A stretch of 64,000 nucleotides of DNA, taken from positions 124,001 to 188,000 of the forward strand of contig RSEE01000104.1 in assembly GCA_003971905.1 (NCBI GenBank), written 5' to 3'. The notes beneath the pieces were generated by a model. That model ran no database searches. It was not told where the DNA came from and worked only from the letters and a program-made list of their open reading frames with translations. The translations under genes and the position numbers were made by a program. This document shows positions 51,215 to 64,000 of this stretch, in pieces; position 1 is the first letter of the stretch, and each line of letters starts with the position of its first letter. The DNA comes from Moniliella sp. 'wahieum' (Eukaryota).

Positions 51215-52599
51215 CCAGCTGGCTATGTGCTAGGCCACCTGCCTGTCGCGACGATGGGCCAGGCGACCGAGAGAGCGCGCACCAGACCACGTGTATGCGC
51301 CCTCCCGCGCGCCAGTCGCCTCGGCCCTCGGTGCCCACACGCGCCTTCCACGCGCCGTCGAGGAGGCAAGATCGATGCTAGGCAAGGGAGCCGCGGGATC
51401 AGCTTCGCGCTGGCGACCTTATGCCGCCGCCAGCGCACTGGCACCAGCCTCGCCACCCTACCGAATCCCACACTGCATTTGGGCGTCTGGGCAATCTCCT
51501 CGCCCCCGCTTCCTACTCAATGAACATGTTGGGATTGATGTGGAGGATCAGTAGTGTGCTACAGCTAGACGCTTGGTTCGTGCTCGCCTCTCTTGGCCGC
51601 CTCATCAACGATGCAGACCAATGGCGTTGCCGTCGGCCATGCAACTCACCCGCCGCCGTCCGACCCACACTCGGAACGTAAGAGGCTAACGTCACTGCGT
51701 AGCTTGCCATCCAGCCAAACCAGATAGCCACGTGCACCTCTCCATGCTCCATTGCGCCGCAACCGCGTGGCCCGTTCACCGTTCACGCGCCCGCAGTGCT
51801 GCTCTTCGCCACAGCAATCCCGCTCCCGCCGGGGCCCGTTGCACGCCAGCCCTGGCGCAGGCCGCAACCGCAACTGCTCTGGGCCAGCGGGGTTCTTGGC
51901 GGGTTTTGAACGTACGCTGCGACTGATTGCAAGAAGTATACTTACTGTCAAGTCTGAGCACGGCCAACAATCGACCTTTAGTTTGGCTGCGAGGTCTCCG
52001 ACGCACGTCTCAAGGAGTAACTATAGGCGGTACCGGGTATACCGAGTACCCTGATGCACCATGGCAGCCACCCACACCCGTACGGTACGCTGCGTATCTG
52101 TTCGATGGACGAAGAAGGAATCGCTCCGCTCGCCTGCTGTACCTTCCAACCTGCAGGCATTTTGCAGCACGTATTATCCCGTCCCCGCCTCCAGACCCAA
52201 GAGCCACGGATTGTCGGAGCGATTCCTCTTGCCCGACCCACTGCAGTGGCACACTATGCAACGTCCTAGCGGGCTATGTTTTGGTGCGTCACGGCCCTAA
52301 CCTAGCCCACTGGCACCGTTCAAGAGAACGAGTCGTCGTGCGTATTGTACGCTGGGCCGAACCGAATGCCTCCAACTCACTGATTCATCATGTTTTTTCG
52401 TTCAGTACTATGACTCGGAGCTGACGGAGAGACGAGAAGGTGTGTGTTCTCCATAGAACGAATGAGTGGGAGGAAGAACAGTTGGTGCTACTGGAATCGG
52501 CAGACTTCTCCGCCCGCACGTAACGAATAATGAGGGGCCAAGCGCTGGGCAGGGCAGCCTGCAGTCCCGGGACACGAACCAAGCAGACCTCTTCCAGCG

Positions 52600-55121
52600 C
52601 TACCACCGGATGTGTTGCCCATTACCAGTCCCGTTACCGTTCCCGGTACCGGTAGCATAGGCAATTTTCTGCTCCCGTGCCCATTGGCGCGCTTCGGAAT
52701 CGGCCTTTTCCAGCGCGAGAGCCAGGCGCCAATTCTGGTCTTCGAGCTTGGCGCAGCGTTGCTCGAGGCGCATCCTCTCTATCTCTTGGTGCGCACTGCG
52801 GCTCTCACTCTCGACCCGGAGGGCTTCCAGTTGCTCTTGTTCCGCGCGGACGCGCTCGGCCGAACTGGCAGTGCGCACCTCTTCATGCACGTTGTCCAGT
52901 TGGTCCTGCAGCGACCCAGTGCTCTGTTCAACGTGGTCGGCCTGAGCACGAGCTTGGTCCAGTTGCTGCGTAGTTAGCCTCTGCTCTGCCTCCATCGCCT
53001 GTACCGTGCGAAGGGTGGCCTGGTGCGCTTCTTTCTCTCGTTGCAACTCCTGCTCCAAAAACACGATTTGCTTTGCACTCTGCTGTGCCTCCTCGTCCTT
53101 GGCCCGCATCCGTTTCTGCGCGTCTAGCTCCAGCGCCTCCCGCACCGCATCGAGGCGCGCCTGCTGCTCACGATGCTCCATCTCGTGCATCGCGCGCTGC
53201 AGCTCTTGGGTTAAAACCGCGACACGCTTCGTTTTCGCCCGCAGGACCAAACGCCAATGCACGTTCTTCTTGTGACGCAACGTACGAAGACGCATCATTT
53301 TGATCATCGTCTCTTGCAGCTGAGGAAGTGGCAGCGCCTGCCGATGCAGGTGGGCAAGTCTCCCTTCGGCCTGCCCCGCTCTAAGATCCCACTCTTCTTG
53401 ATCCAAAGACTCCGATGTCGGGGTGCTGGATGGGCGGGGAAGATCGTCCGTGGTTGCGGTTGCATTTGGGGTTGCAGCTGCGGTTGCGGTTGTAGCCACG
53501 GCCCCGGTCCCAGCCCCACCGTTTTCCTCTTCCTGCTCCACCTGGATCTCTTCTTGCAGCTCCAACGTGTTCTCCCCATCCTGTTCCACCTGGTCCTCCT
53601 TTTGCAGCTCCAACTGGTCCTCCTTTTGCAATTCCTGGGCCTCCACGTGCAGCTCCAACTGTTCTTCATGCTCCAACTGTTCTTCATGCACCAAGTGGAC
53701 CTCATCTTGCAGCTCCAACTGGTCCTCCTGTCCATGCTCCACCTGGACCTCGCCATCCTTCTCCACCTGGACCTCGCCATCCTGCTGCGATGGGACCTCC
53801 CGCCTGGTCAGCGGGATAAGGGTGGTCGGACGGCAGGGGAGCGCAGGTGGGGGCGGGGCCTGACCCCAGCCCAGTTTGCTTCGAATGGAAGAACGCAAGA
53901 GCGCTACAGGAGTCACGTACGCGCGCCAGGATGCGAGCCTCGTCCAGGGAAGGCCGTACCACCACGCGGGCGATGCTCTGGCGGGTACATGCACGCCATG
54001 CGCATCTACATGCGCATGTGGTGCCGTGGGTATCGTGGGTGTCGTGGGCGCACCAATTGACCCCTGCAGTCTGCCCGCTTGCTCCCCCGCGTCGCTGGTG
54101 GGGAGCTTTCCCCAGGCGAACCAGGCGGGGCGGACCAGGGGGTGTTGTGGGTCGGATCGCATGTTCCATTTTCCTCCCTGTGGTCGTTATCGTTCGGAAG
54201 AGAAGAGAGGGTGGGAGTGTGGGCATGGGCATGGGCGGACGCCAGTACAGTACCCGCCTCAGAGAGCGCGGGCGGCGTCCCCTCTGAGCCCCCCCACGAT
54301 CTGCGGGCGTGGATGGACGAGGCCGAGACTGTGGACAGCAGGGAATGCGAAAGGGACAGCGGGAAAGAGGAGTCAGGCAGGGGCACCTGGCATGGATCGT
54401 CGTCCTCGCTATCCTGGCACAGAGAGGAGGGTGCGAGATCCTCTTCTTGCGCATTCTCGTGCACCTGGCTGTCGTGGATGCCGCTACAGTAGGGATGGGC
54501 GTTGAAGGGAAAGTGCGGGTCGTATTTGGCCACACTGGTCCGGGCACACTTGGCAGGATACAGCATCCGGTCTCTACGCTGCTCCAACGCATAGCCTTCT
54601 TGTAAGTTGTTGCCTTCTAGGCACAGGGTGCGGCTGGACAGGCTAGCGTCCTCTTCGTCCACGGGCGCACCTGGCGATGAAGATGGAGGGTTAGTGTGGA
54701 TCGTGATGGAAATGTGTGCGCCACTTGTCTCGCCCCTATCGAGGGAGGAAATCAATCCATTGTCGATACAGGTGCCGATGGGAGGGGGGTGAGGAAGAGG
54801 GAGCTGGCTCGTGTCTGCAGCAGGATTCCGTGGGCTGTTGCTTGGGTTGCGGCCCGTCGCACATTCACGAAACTTGGCCTCGAGGGTGGGGGAAAGGGAG
54901 GAGGTATCCGTGCCTAGGTCTACACTTTCGTCGTGCTGATGGCGTGTGGGCCAGCGGACACGTTGACCGGAGCCGGCGGCATGATCGGTGGGCGGTTCGG
55001 GGCCACGGCGGAGGATGGAGGTGGGCTTGGGCGGGCGCCGGGCGGTGGTGGGGCCGCCGCGTGCGGGCGTTTGAGGCAGTGGCGCCGGGCGTGGGTTGGG
55101 GGGCGTCGTGGGCATCGGCAT
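52600..55121 (-). CDS. Hypothetical protein with Glu/Gln-rich repeats and C-terminal coiled coil; frameshifted
   Basis: Overlapping long ORFs 54006-55121 and 52600-54162; TATATAA on the minus strand at ~55173-55179; E/Q/L heptad-like composition; no family recognised. Confidence 0.6.
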
Positions 55122-57253
55122 GTGGACAGGAGAAGAAGCGAGCAGGCAAGGCCGAGGGGGGGCCGGCTGTACTTATATAGAGACGCACGCTGGTGTTGTA
55201 GGTATAGTTATAGGCGAGGGGCGAGGACCGAAGCTTGCCAAGCGGAGGAACACGTGACGCGGTGGGATATCGCACCACGTCAGAGACCGCCGATGCCATA
55301 TACTGTCGCTAACCGGTTGACCCTATAGATCTCTTAACTGGATGGACGTGCAACCAAAACTGAACGCACCGACGTACCCACCCCACCACCATCGTATAGC
55401 GACGCTCAACGTACCTCGTTTTCCCATCTAATTTGTTCAATGCCGCCTCTGCCACAGTGCTGACGCAACCTCCCCCGGTGCCATCGGCTTGTCCTCAGTC
55501 AGTACGCCCCCCCTCCACTCCTGCCCACATTCCATCGCCGTGGCTGTACTCGCATTGCTCGCCCATCTCGATGCTAGAATGCTGAAGCAATCCTAAACTG
55601 GTGGGCGAGCACTTCATATACCAGCAAGCACTACTAGTTGTCTACCCTTGGACGGTGTGCATCCCCTCCCCCCACACCACCTTGAGGTCGGCGACCCAGC
55701 ACCAGATCTCCCATCCGAATGAACACGTCTCCCTACTCTAACCATACTTTGGTTCTCACTTACTGGATGGAGGTGCCTGACTCTGCATGAATACAGAGCG
55801 GGAAAAGAGGGGCAGAAAAAGAACGTAGAAATTGAGTGAAGCGAAAAGGTGAAGCTCTCCGTTGTGACGACGGCAAAGTGGCAAACCAGGAGCAGAACAA
55901 GCTCCTTCGTGGCGACCCGAGGGGGGAATTGGAGGTGGAGAGAAGAGAGCGCCGGAGAAAGGATAGAGTCAGGATTGAAGAAGCAATTACTACCATCATC
56001 AGTGAGTAACCCATTCTGATGACCATTTCCCGTTGAACGTTGACAATTGGAAAATGGTGCCAGTGGCATTCTCAAATCGGGTTGTAAGCGCACGTTCGGT
56101 TCTACCGATCCGTCGGGTCAAAGTCAAAAAGGTCAAAGGCCCATTGTCAAAAGCTTCTTACGTTGCCGCACACCCCTTGACAAGATACTTGAGTTGTATA
56201 GGTGCCGCAGAGAATGCTCCAATCGATCCCACTTTGCTACGCTTCAAACGTGCGTGGTGGGCTGGGCCGTGCTGAGACGATGCATGGGTCAAGGACGTAA
56301 CAGTGGGCAGAGGCGTCCGAGTTTGGAACTGTCCTCCGCCGATTAGAATACCAGGTTTACGAACGAGATGCATGGCATGTTTCGTGCCCGGTGGCTGCAA
56401 ACCGCGTCCGGCTGGCGGACCTTATGCCAATGCGAATGATTGAAGGCGGCGCGGGCAGGAGCGCATCGGGCTGTGGACGGGTTCAAGAAGGAAGATGGGG
56501 GCCCACTGCATGCAACAGATTATGATGCCGAGGGCCGACATGAAATGAGTTGCTGAGATGAGATCGGAGAGGAGATGGATGAGGTTCTGAGCCGAGATGG
56601 GATCGAGAGCTGATGGGCGTGTGGGACAGCGTCGCAGAGTGGGCTGAGCAGGCCAGACATCCCGCAGCGGCCGGACGGGTGCTCGTCTGGTTTAAGCTGG
56701 GTTACTTGGCAGTTATCAGGGTAAACGTCAACATCAGCTCCCCGGCGCAGGCACCACCGCACACTGAGTACTGACCTAACTAGTAACTGACGGGCGTGCT
56801 GTGGCGTCCTGCTTGCTGGGCAGGCTGAGCACTGGCCGGAGAGTGGCGCTGTGCGGCGGCGTGACATCATCGCAGTCTGCGGGCTGCAGAGTTAACCCAG
56901 TGCTGGGGGCACCGGCACGGCGCCAGTGTAGGCTGCCGCGGTTCGTTTGTCTCGGCGGCGGCAGTGGGCCTGTGTGAGTGCGTCTCAGCGCGTCCGCCGC
57001 TCCGCGCCTCAGCACGCCCTGAGTGCCCCCGTGCGGCTGCTGGGCTCAGCTGGCGAACGCTGGACTCACAACGTGGGAGCAGCCACCCCCTGCACCGCGT
57101 GCACGGGCCTTGCCCTCCTGGCCCGCCTCGCCCTGCCGCTCCCCCCGTCGCGGCTGGCCACCGCGTATATAAGCCCCCTCCGCCCGCCCTCCCTGCCTCC
57201 TCACCACACCGCCTCTTCGCCCCGTCTTTCCTCCTCCCTCTTCATCTTACACC

Positions 57254-58403
<1,150 letters not shown>

Positions 58404-58945
58404 TAACCCACGGAATCCTTGTAGCGTGTTGACACGATAGATCGCATGCGATTGTGAGGCGTGGGGGGGTGGGCCCCTGACTCCGTGATCGTTCTGAGCA
58501 ATTTTCGAGGGTTAAATGGGGAGACTAGTCGGCTGTGTTGACGTGTGGTCGCGGCAAACTGGTGCTGATGGCCATCGCTTTGTGGCCAGGTTAGCTGGGG
58601 TTGAACGTTGAGGCTCGGCTGAGCGGCTACTTGGGCCCTACTATGTAGTCGTGATGGGCTGTGCTTCCAACCATGCCGCCGGGCCGCCATGGTGCGCGGG
58701 GACCTACACCTGACCTTGGCCACTTCTCAACCTGAGATGCTTCTCCTCCCTTCGCCTCCGCCGCCGAGCCCAACAGCATGGGCGCCACCAGCGGGGCGGT
58801 GCCAGCGTCTACGCTACAGTCACTAGTCACGCCCCGGGAGCATCCAGCCAAGACGACAGGACGTAGATTGATTGCCAGAAAAAGCGGCGATGCGCGCCGC
58901 GATATGGATGGTACGCAGTCCTTCCTCCATACAAGCACGCCATGC

Positions 58946-61504
58946 CTAGGTAGGACCAGCTGGGCCCGTCAGCGCACTCGTTCCGGCCCAGCTGATCCCG
59001 TTTTTTTGGTCAGAGAAGAGCGCCAACTCGACCTCCACCACCTCTCTTCTCCTCCCCTTCCCCCTCCGCCTTACTCGCGTCTTCGCAGCACCGGCTATGC
59101 GGGCAGGTGGCTGAGGATGAACACGTCCCGCAGTAAGCGCGACTCTGCGACGGTCAGCATCAGGCGGTCGTTCTGGAGGCGCTGCCACTGAGCCAGCTCT
59201 GCATCTCGCAGCAGCGTCCGCGCCAGCGCCGTTGTCTCGTTGGCCTTTTGCGCCAGCTCGGCGCTCCATGCTGGCTGGCCCGGGCGGCGGTGTGCGGGCG
59301 CGACGAGTGGGTTGGGCGTCGCGTCGGCAGCTGCCTGCGCCGTCTCAACGCGGTTGGCAATGGTCCAGGAAAGCGCATCTTGAAGGATGCGTCGGCGCAG
59401 CAGGTTTTCCAACGTATGGTACCAGCGGTCCAGCAGCCAGCTGAACGCGCGGTCCATATCGACATAGTAGAGGAAGATAGTCCGGATCACACTCCGGTCC
59501 GCCGACTGGGTACTTCCTGCAGCTGCAACAACGTCGCGCGCAGCATCTTGGTGCACAGTTCACGCGTTTGTCCAACGGCAACAATGCCGCATCTTTTAAT
59601 TGCCTTCTCGTCCAGTTTGCCATGCTCCGCCAACACCATCCACCCCGCTTCGCCGCCGGCCCAAACTCCTCTGCAATCACCCCGGCCAGCAACTCCATCC
59701 TTAGCCGTCGCCCAATCGTGGCAAACTGCACCGAGAGCGTCGCATTGTGCGACAAGCCCGTGCCCCCCCACTGCCTCCCACTTGGCTTACCACCGCGCGC
59801 GGTCCGCGTGGATCGCATCCACAGAGTTGGTCAGCAACTTGACTGCCTCTCGCAGCGCCGCCGAGGCGGGCACTTCGGAAGCGGCATCGTTCTGTTCGCC
59901 CTTACGGCGTTTACGTCGGTGTTGGGAAGACGAAGAGAGCCCAGCTCCTTTCGAAGAGCCTTTCGATCGAACGTGCCACCAGGTCTTGGCCCAGCGACCG
60001 CGGCAGCCGCGCTTCCAACGCCGTCAGGCTGAATGGGTTCGAGACAGGTCGGTTACGCTCTGTTCCGCATCCACTTCCGCCGTCGATTCAGCCGCGGTCA
60101 CCATCGCACGGAACAGGTCCGCCATGGCCGGATGCTGTTAACCAATCGCCCACAGCAGAGGCGAACGTCTTATGACAAAAGGGTCAGCTGTCAGCAGGTA
60201 GCTCCTCAATTCATCCAAACGACCACAAACTGCGTACCTCATTTCGAATGTGCACGTCAAAGCGCTCATAGTTGAGCCGGAGAAAGATATCGTGGTCAAT
60301 GTCGTATTTGTTCAACACGCTTTGCTCTTTGGCGTCGATGGACCAGGCCGGACTGCTGTCCTCCTCGGGCGTCTTGCGCTTGGAGCGGGTCGACTTGGTG
60401 GACTTGCGCGCCGATCCGTTGCTCAGTCCATTGGCGCCTTTCAAATGCTGCGCCGCCCGAACGGCATCTGCCGACGGGGGACCAAGCCGAGCCGGTGGCC
60501 GCCAGCGTCTCGCGATACGACGTTCGGTCTTCTTCCAAGATGCGCACACGCACCTTGGCTTTAATTTCCTTGATCAGTTTCGGCGTCTGGATCGTACCTT
60601 TGCCCCCGACGCCGTCGGCATCGGGACGGGTGGCGTACTCGCGCTCGTACGCGATCGCCTTCTCCCGCGCACTAATGTGTGCCGACAAGACACTCGGACG
60701 CACGTACCCGCGCACCAACAGCACCGCCAACAACGTCTCTAGCCGCGCGTACCGAATCGGGTCGTAAGGCGGCGTGCCCTTAGGCACCTCGGCGGGCGCC
60801 GGCGCAGTGCTGCCCTTGGCCTTGGCCGTGGGACGCACACCTGCCAGACGCGTGAGAAGGTCGTGCACTTGGAGCTTGCCATGCTGCAGAATCAGCTGCA
60901 CCACCGCCTCCCCATCTGGCCCAACGCATCCAACGCAGTACCAATGTACTCGCCAAACCACAGACGCGACAGAACCTCGTCGGGTTGATCTCAAAGTACT
61001 CGGTGCCCGCCGGGACCGCGTCGGTGCCGGCCTGCACCGAATTCAGCATCTTGCCCTTGGCATCGAGCCGGACGTGCCAACAGACGTTGTGCTGGACCAG
61101 CACCATCAGCGCATGGTGGATTTCCAAGGAGCGGCGTGAGGGGGCGAGGGGCGAAGCGGGTGGGGGGTCGTGGAGCTGTCGGTGAGGGACAAGGCCGAGC
61201 TGCCCGACGTGGCGGAGCGACTGAGCGGGCCGGCGGCGCGCGCACGCGCGCTGCTCGTGGTCCTCGGGCGTCCTTGTGCAGGCGTCACCACGCCGGCGGA
61301 GGTGGTGTCGGCGGGCGCGCCGAGCGAAGCGCCCGACGACAAGAAGTACTGCAAGTCGCGCACACTCAGCCGCGCGCGCGAGCACACCGCAGCCACGCGG
61401 CCGGCCACGGGGCCAAAGTGCTCGTGGATGATCGGCACACAGCGACAGCTTGTCGCGCGAGTTGGACGCGCCAGCACAGACGCCGCACGGCTGCTGCTCG
61501 TCAT
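58946..61504 (-). CDS. RPC82: RNA polymerase III subunit RPC3/RPC82; frameshifted
   Basis: IIHEHFGPVAGRVA, HALMVLVQHNVCW, LRLNYERFDVHIRNE, EHGKLDEKAI, LLQLQEVP, RTIFLYYVD. Confidence 0.85.
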
Positions 61505-61993
61505 TGGCGCGCGCAGATCTCAGCGGCGGCGATGGCGAGCGCCCAGGCGGCAGCGACGCCCCGCGGCCAGCGAGAAAAAAATGCGACAGCCGAGCGGACG
61601 CAGCCGATCGGTGCAACGCCGCCACGCGCAACCCTACTGCCCTGCGTACCGCCTAAGGCCTAACCCTGCTTGAGGCCGCTCGTTGGTTTGCACCCGAGAC
61701 GCTCATTTGCACAGCTATAACACTAGGAAACGCACCCGACCCCCATCCTTCCATCCCTGCGACTACACTCGGCTTGCATCGCGCGCATCGGGCTCGATGG
61801 CGACTACGGCAGACAATGGCACGCTTCCGCGTCGAGGATGATGAAGAAACGTAATACTACTACGGTGAGATAAATTCACAGACGGATTTCGGTGGGGCGG
61901 GTCCCAAGGGACCGCCGGCATCACCAGCCGGCTGTGGCGTCTCGGCGCGCGCGACAGGGCAGCGCGTCCAAGTGCACTCACTGCCTCGGCGGC

Positions 61994-63642
61994 TTAGCGG
62001 CCAATGTACTTGAGCTCGAGCCAGCGGAGCACCGGGAACGTAATCCCAGTAAAGCCCGAGCAGTTCAAGCCAATGTCCCCGCCAAACGTCTTGGCAATCG
62101 GTGCCGTCCACCACGTTGCGACATGCCAGCACAACTCCACCACGCCGGCGATAAACGCACCCACAGCGGCAAGACGATGGGCAGCTTCTTGCGGTTGTTC
62201 CAAGTGTGCTCAACGTGGTAGTTCTTAAAGTCGCCTTTGCGGAAGATAAAGTGCTCTTCGAGCACCACCGTGAAAAGATGGCAAGCCAGTATAGCCCAGG
62301 ATGCCCAAAGTCTTGCAAACTGTCGCAAACGAGTTGAAGCCCACAATGCCAATCGGAATGTAGATCGCGGTCACAATGACTGGCCAGATGAGAACGGGCA
62401 AGGCAGCGAGGTAGTGCGAGATGACGGATACCGAAAGACCCATCGAGTACACGTTGAACACATTGTTGCCACCACCGAAACGCACCAGAATGACCATAAA
62501 GACTTGCCGCCGCCTCCCATGGGGGGGACCAGCACCGCGCGCAGCAGACCACCCAGCTCGTGGTCCTGGTACCCATTGTACCACCGCACCAATACAGGGT
62601 TGGATCCAGGGATGATGTTGCCATCAGCATCGGCCACGCTGGTTGCGCCACTGGCAATGGCCGCCCGAGGAACATGAGCAAAAGACAAGGGATGACAATG
62701 CCGGCATAGGGTACATGAAGATTCGTCTCCTTGGCGCATTCTCCGGCAGTACACATGTAATCCGAAGCAGAGAGACCCAGCCAATCACAAAGCCCATACG
62801 GTTCCCGCCAAAGCTCAGCACACTCGCCGCTTCGGCCTGGCCCACGTTCATCGGAAGCGACACAAAGTGCTTGCCCGCAACGCCGCGGACCACAAACGCA
62901 ACAAACGTGGGAACCCAAGCGATCATCTCGTAGTAGTGCACAACCCGGTACCCAAACAGACCCACGCATAGCGTGATCATCCCAATGATACCAGCCCGGT
63001 GCGCCGTGGAGGTGGAAGTTGTCGACGCCATCCAGCACTTGGGCACCACTGATGTGTTGGAAATGGACCAGCCGACGCAGGCCATGCAGTTGAGCAGCGC
63101 GACCCACTTGGCACCGTAGTAGCCCACGCATACCGAGATGCAGTCATCTGCCGCAGTCCGAGTTGCGGACCAAACGTGGCGCAAAACGCAGGGAAGCAAC
63201 CGGCAAAGAGCACGAAAAGCCAATCGTTAACAACGAGTCACCCAAGTGCAACCCAAACACAAACGGGCCCAGTACGCCAATGGAAAAGGAGGGCACACAG
63301 CAGTTGGCCGCCAGCCCAGACCATCATGTTGCCCCACAGCCGAGGGTCCGACCGTTCCGATGTCTTGACCGCTCAATCGCACGCGCTTCAATCCCCATCC
63401 GACGCTCAAGGCGGTGGTTGTATTCGGCCATACGGCCAAGGAACCGGCCAAACTTGTTGTTGGGCAACACGATCGGCTTGTCCACATTGTCGGGTCCTCA
63501 GGATCTTCGTCGTCAACGAAGCCAGTTCAATCCCATCCTGCAGCGTCTTCTCGTCGTGACGGTACTTTCAGACGAGCCGCCACTGGAGGGCGGCAAGGAC
63601 TGCTTCTCAATGTCGTCGTGCGCCTCCAACGACTGAACGCAT
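61994..63642 (-). CDS. FCY2: Purine-cytosine permease (NCS1 family, Fcy2-like); frameshifted
   Basis: FGPQLGLRQMTASRY, LNCMACVGWS, LFGYRVVHYYE, SVLSFG, NNVFNVYSMGLS, LGILGY, LEEHFIFRKG, LRWLELKYIGR*. Confidence 0.88.
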
Positions 63643-64000
63643 GATGGTGAGCGTGCAGGGGACGGAGGTGGGTGGGTGTGTGCGGGGAGAGGGGGGAGGG
63701 AGTGCACGAGCGCACGGCCTATATGGTGGGAGGAAGGTCGAGGGCCAGCAAGGCAGGAACGGAATGCCAAAAAATGCTGCTACAGAAACTGCAGCAGAGG
63801 TGCAAAAGTTTTGAAAGAGAAGACCATTGCAGAGAAGCGATACGGGTGCAACGAGAGTCACACCTCCCTCTGCTGGCCCAAACAGCACCAGTGCCCGTTG
63901 GACGTTGGAGCAAAGACAAGCCACCGCTGGGCGCTTTGGCAATGCTGGCGCCCGAGTCTTCTTGGCTGAGTAGGGGGCCTCACGCCCTCAGGTCCTGCGC

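Overview
Eukaryotic (fungal) genomic DNA. It is GC-rich, intron-poor, and has GTAYGY...CTAAC...YAG introns, which best fits a basidiomycete, probably Ustilaginomycotina (inference). Almost every gene, including GAPDH, is broken by single-base frameshifts, which points to an unpolished long-read assembly, so many CDS ends are approximate. Left end: a small spliced lipopeptide mating-pheromone precursor gene (1641-1825, MSLFTMFTIPTNTMAAEPIGPDQDPTGSMTGCVIA*), not captured intact by the ORF track, and a TRFH+Myb telomere-repeat-binding-factor-like gene. Both lie inside a ~9 kb segment bounded by a 54-bp imperfect inverted repeat (1001-1054 / 9986-10039). An ~8 kb gene-free tract rich in short palindromic words follows, then a Ran1/Pat1-like kinase. 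The remainder holds OPI3, a DUF676 lipase, an MTF2-like gene, GET3, PSF2, a GCR1_C-domain factor, tRNA-Thr(AGT), a divergent non-RD kinase, GAD1, OTU1, UBP15, URM1, an orphan coiled-coil gene, GAPDH, RPC82 and an FCY2-like permease. No pheromone receptor, transposase or rRNA was recognised. All family calls are motif recognition from memory, not database searches.
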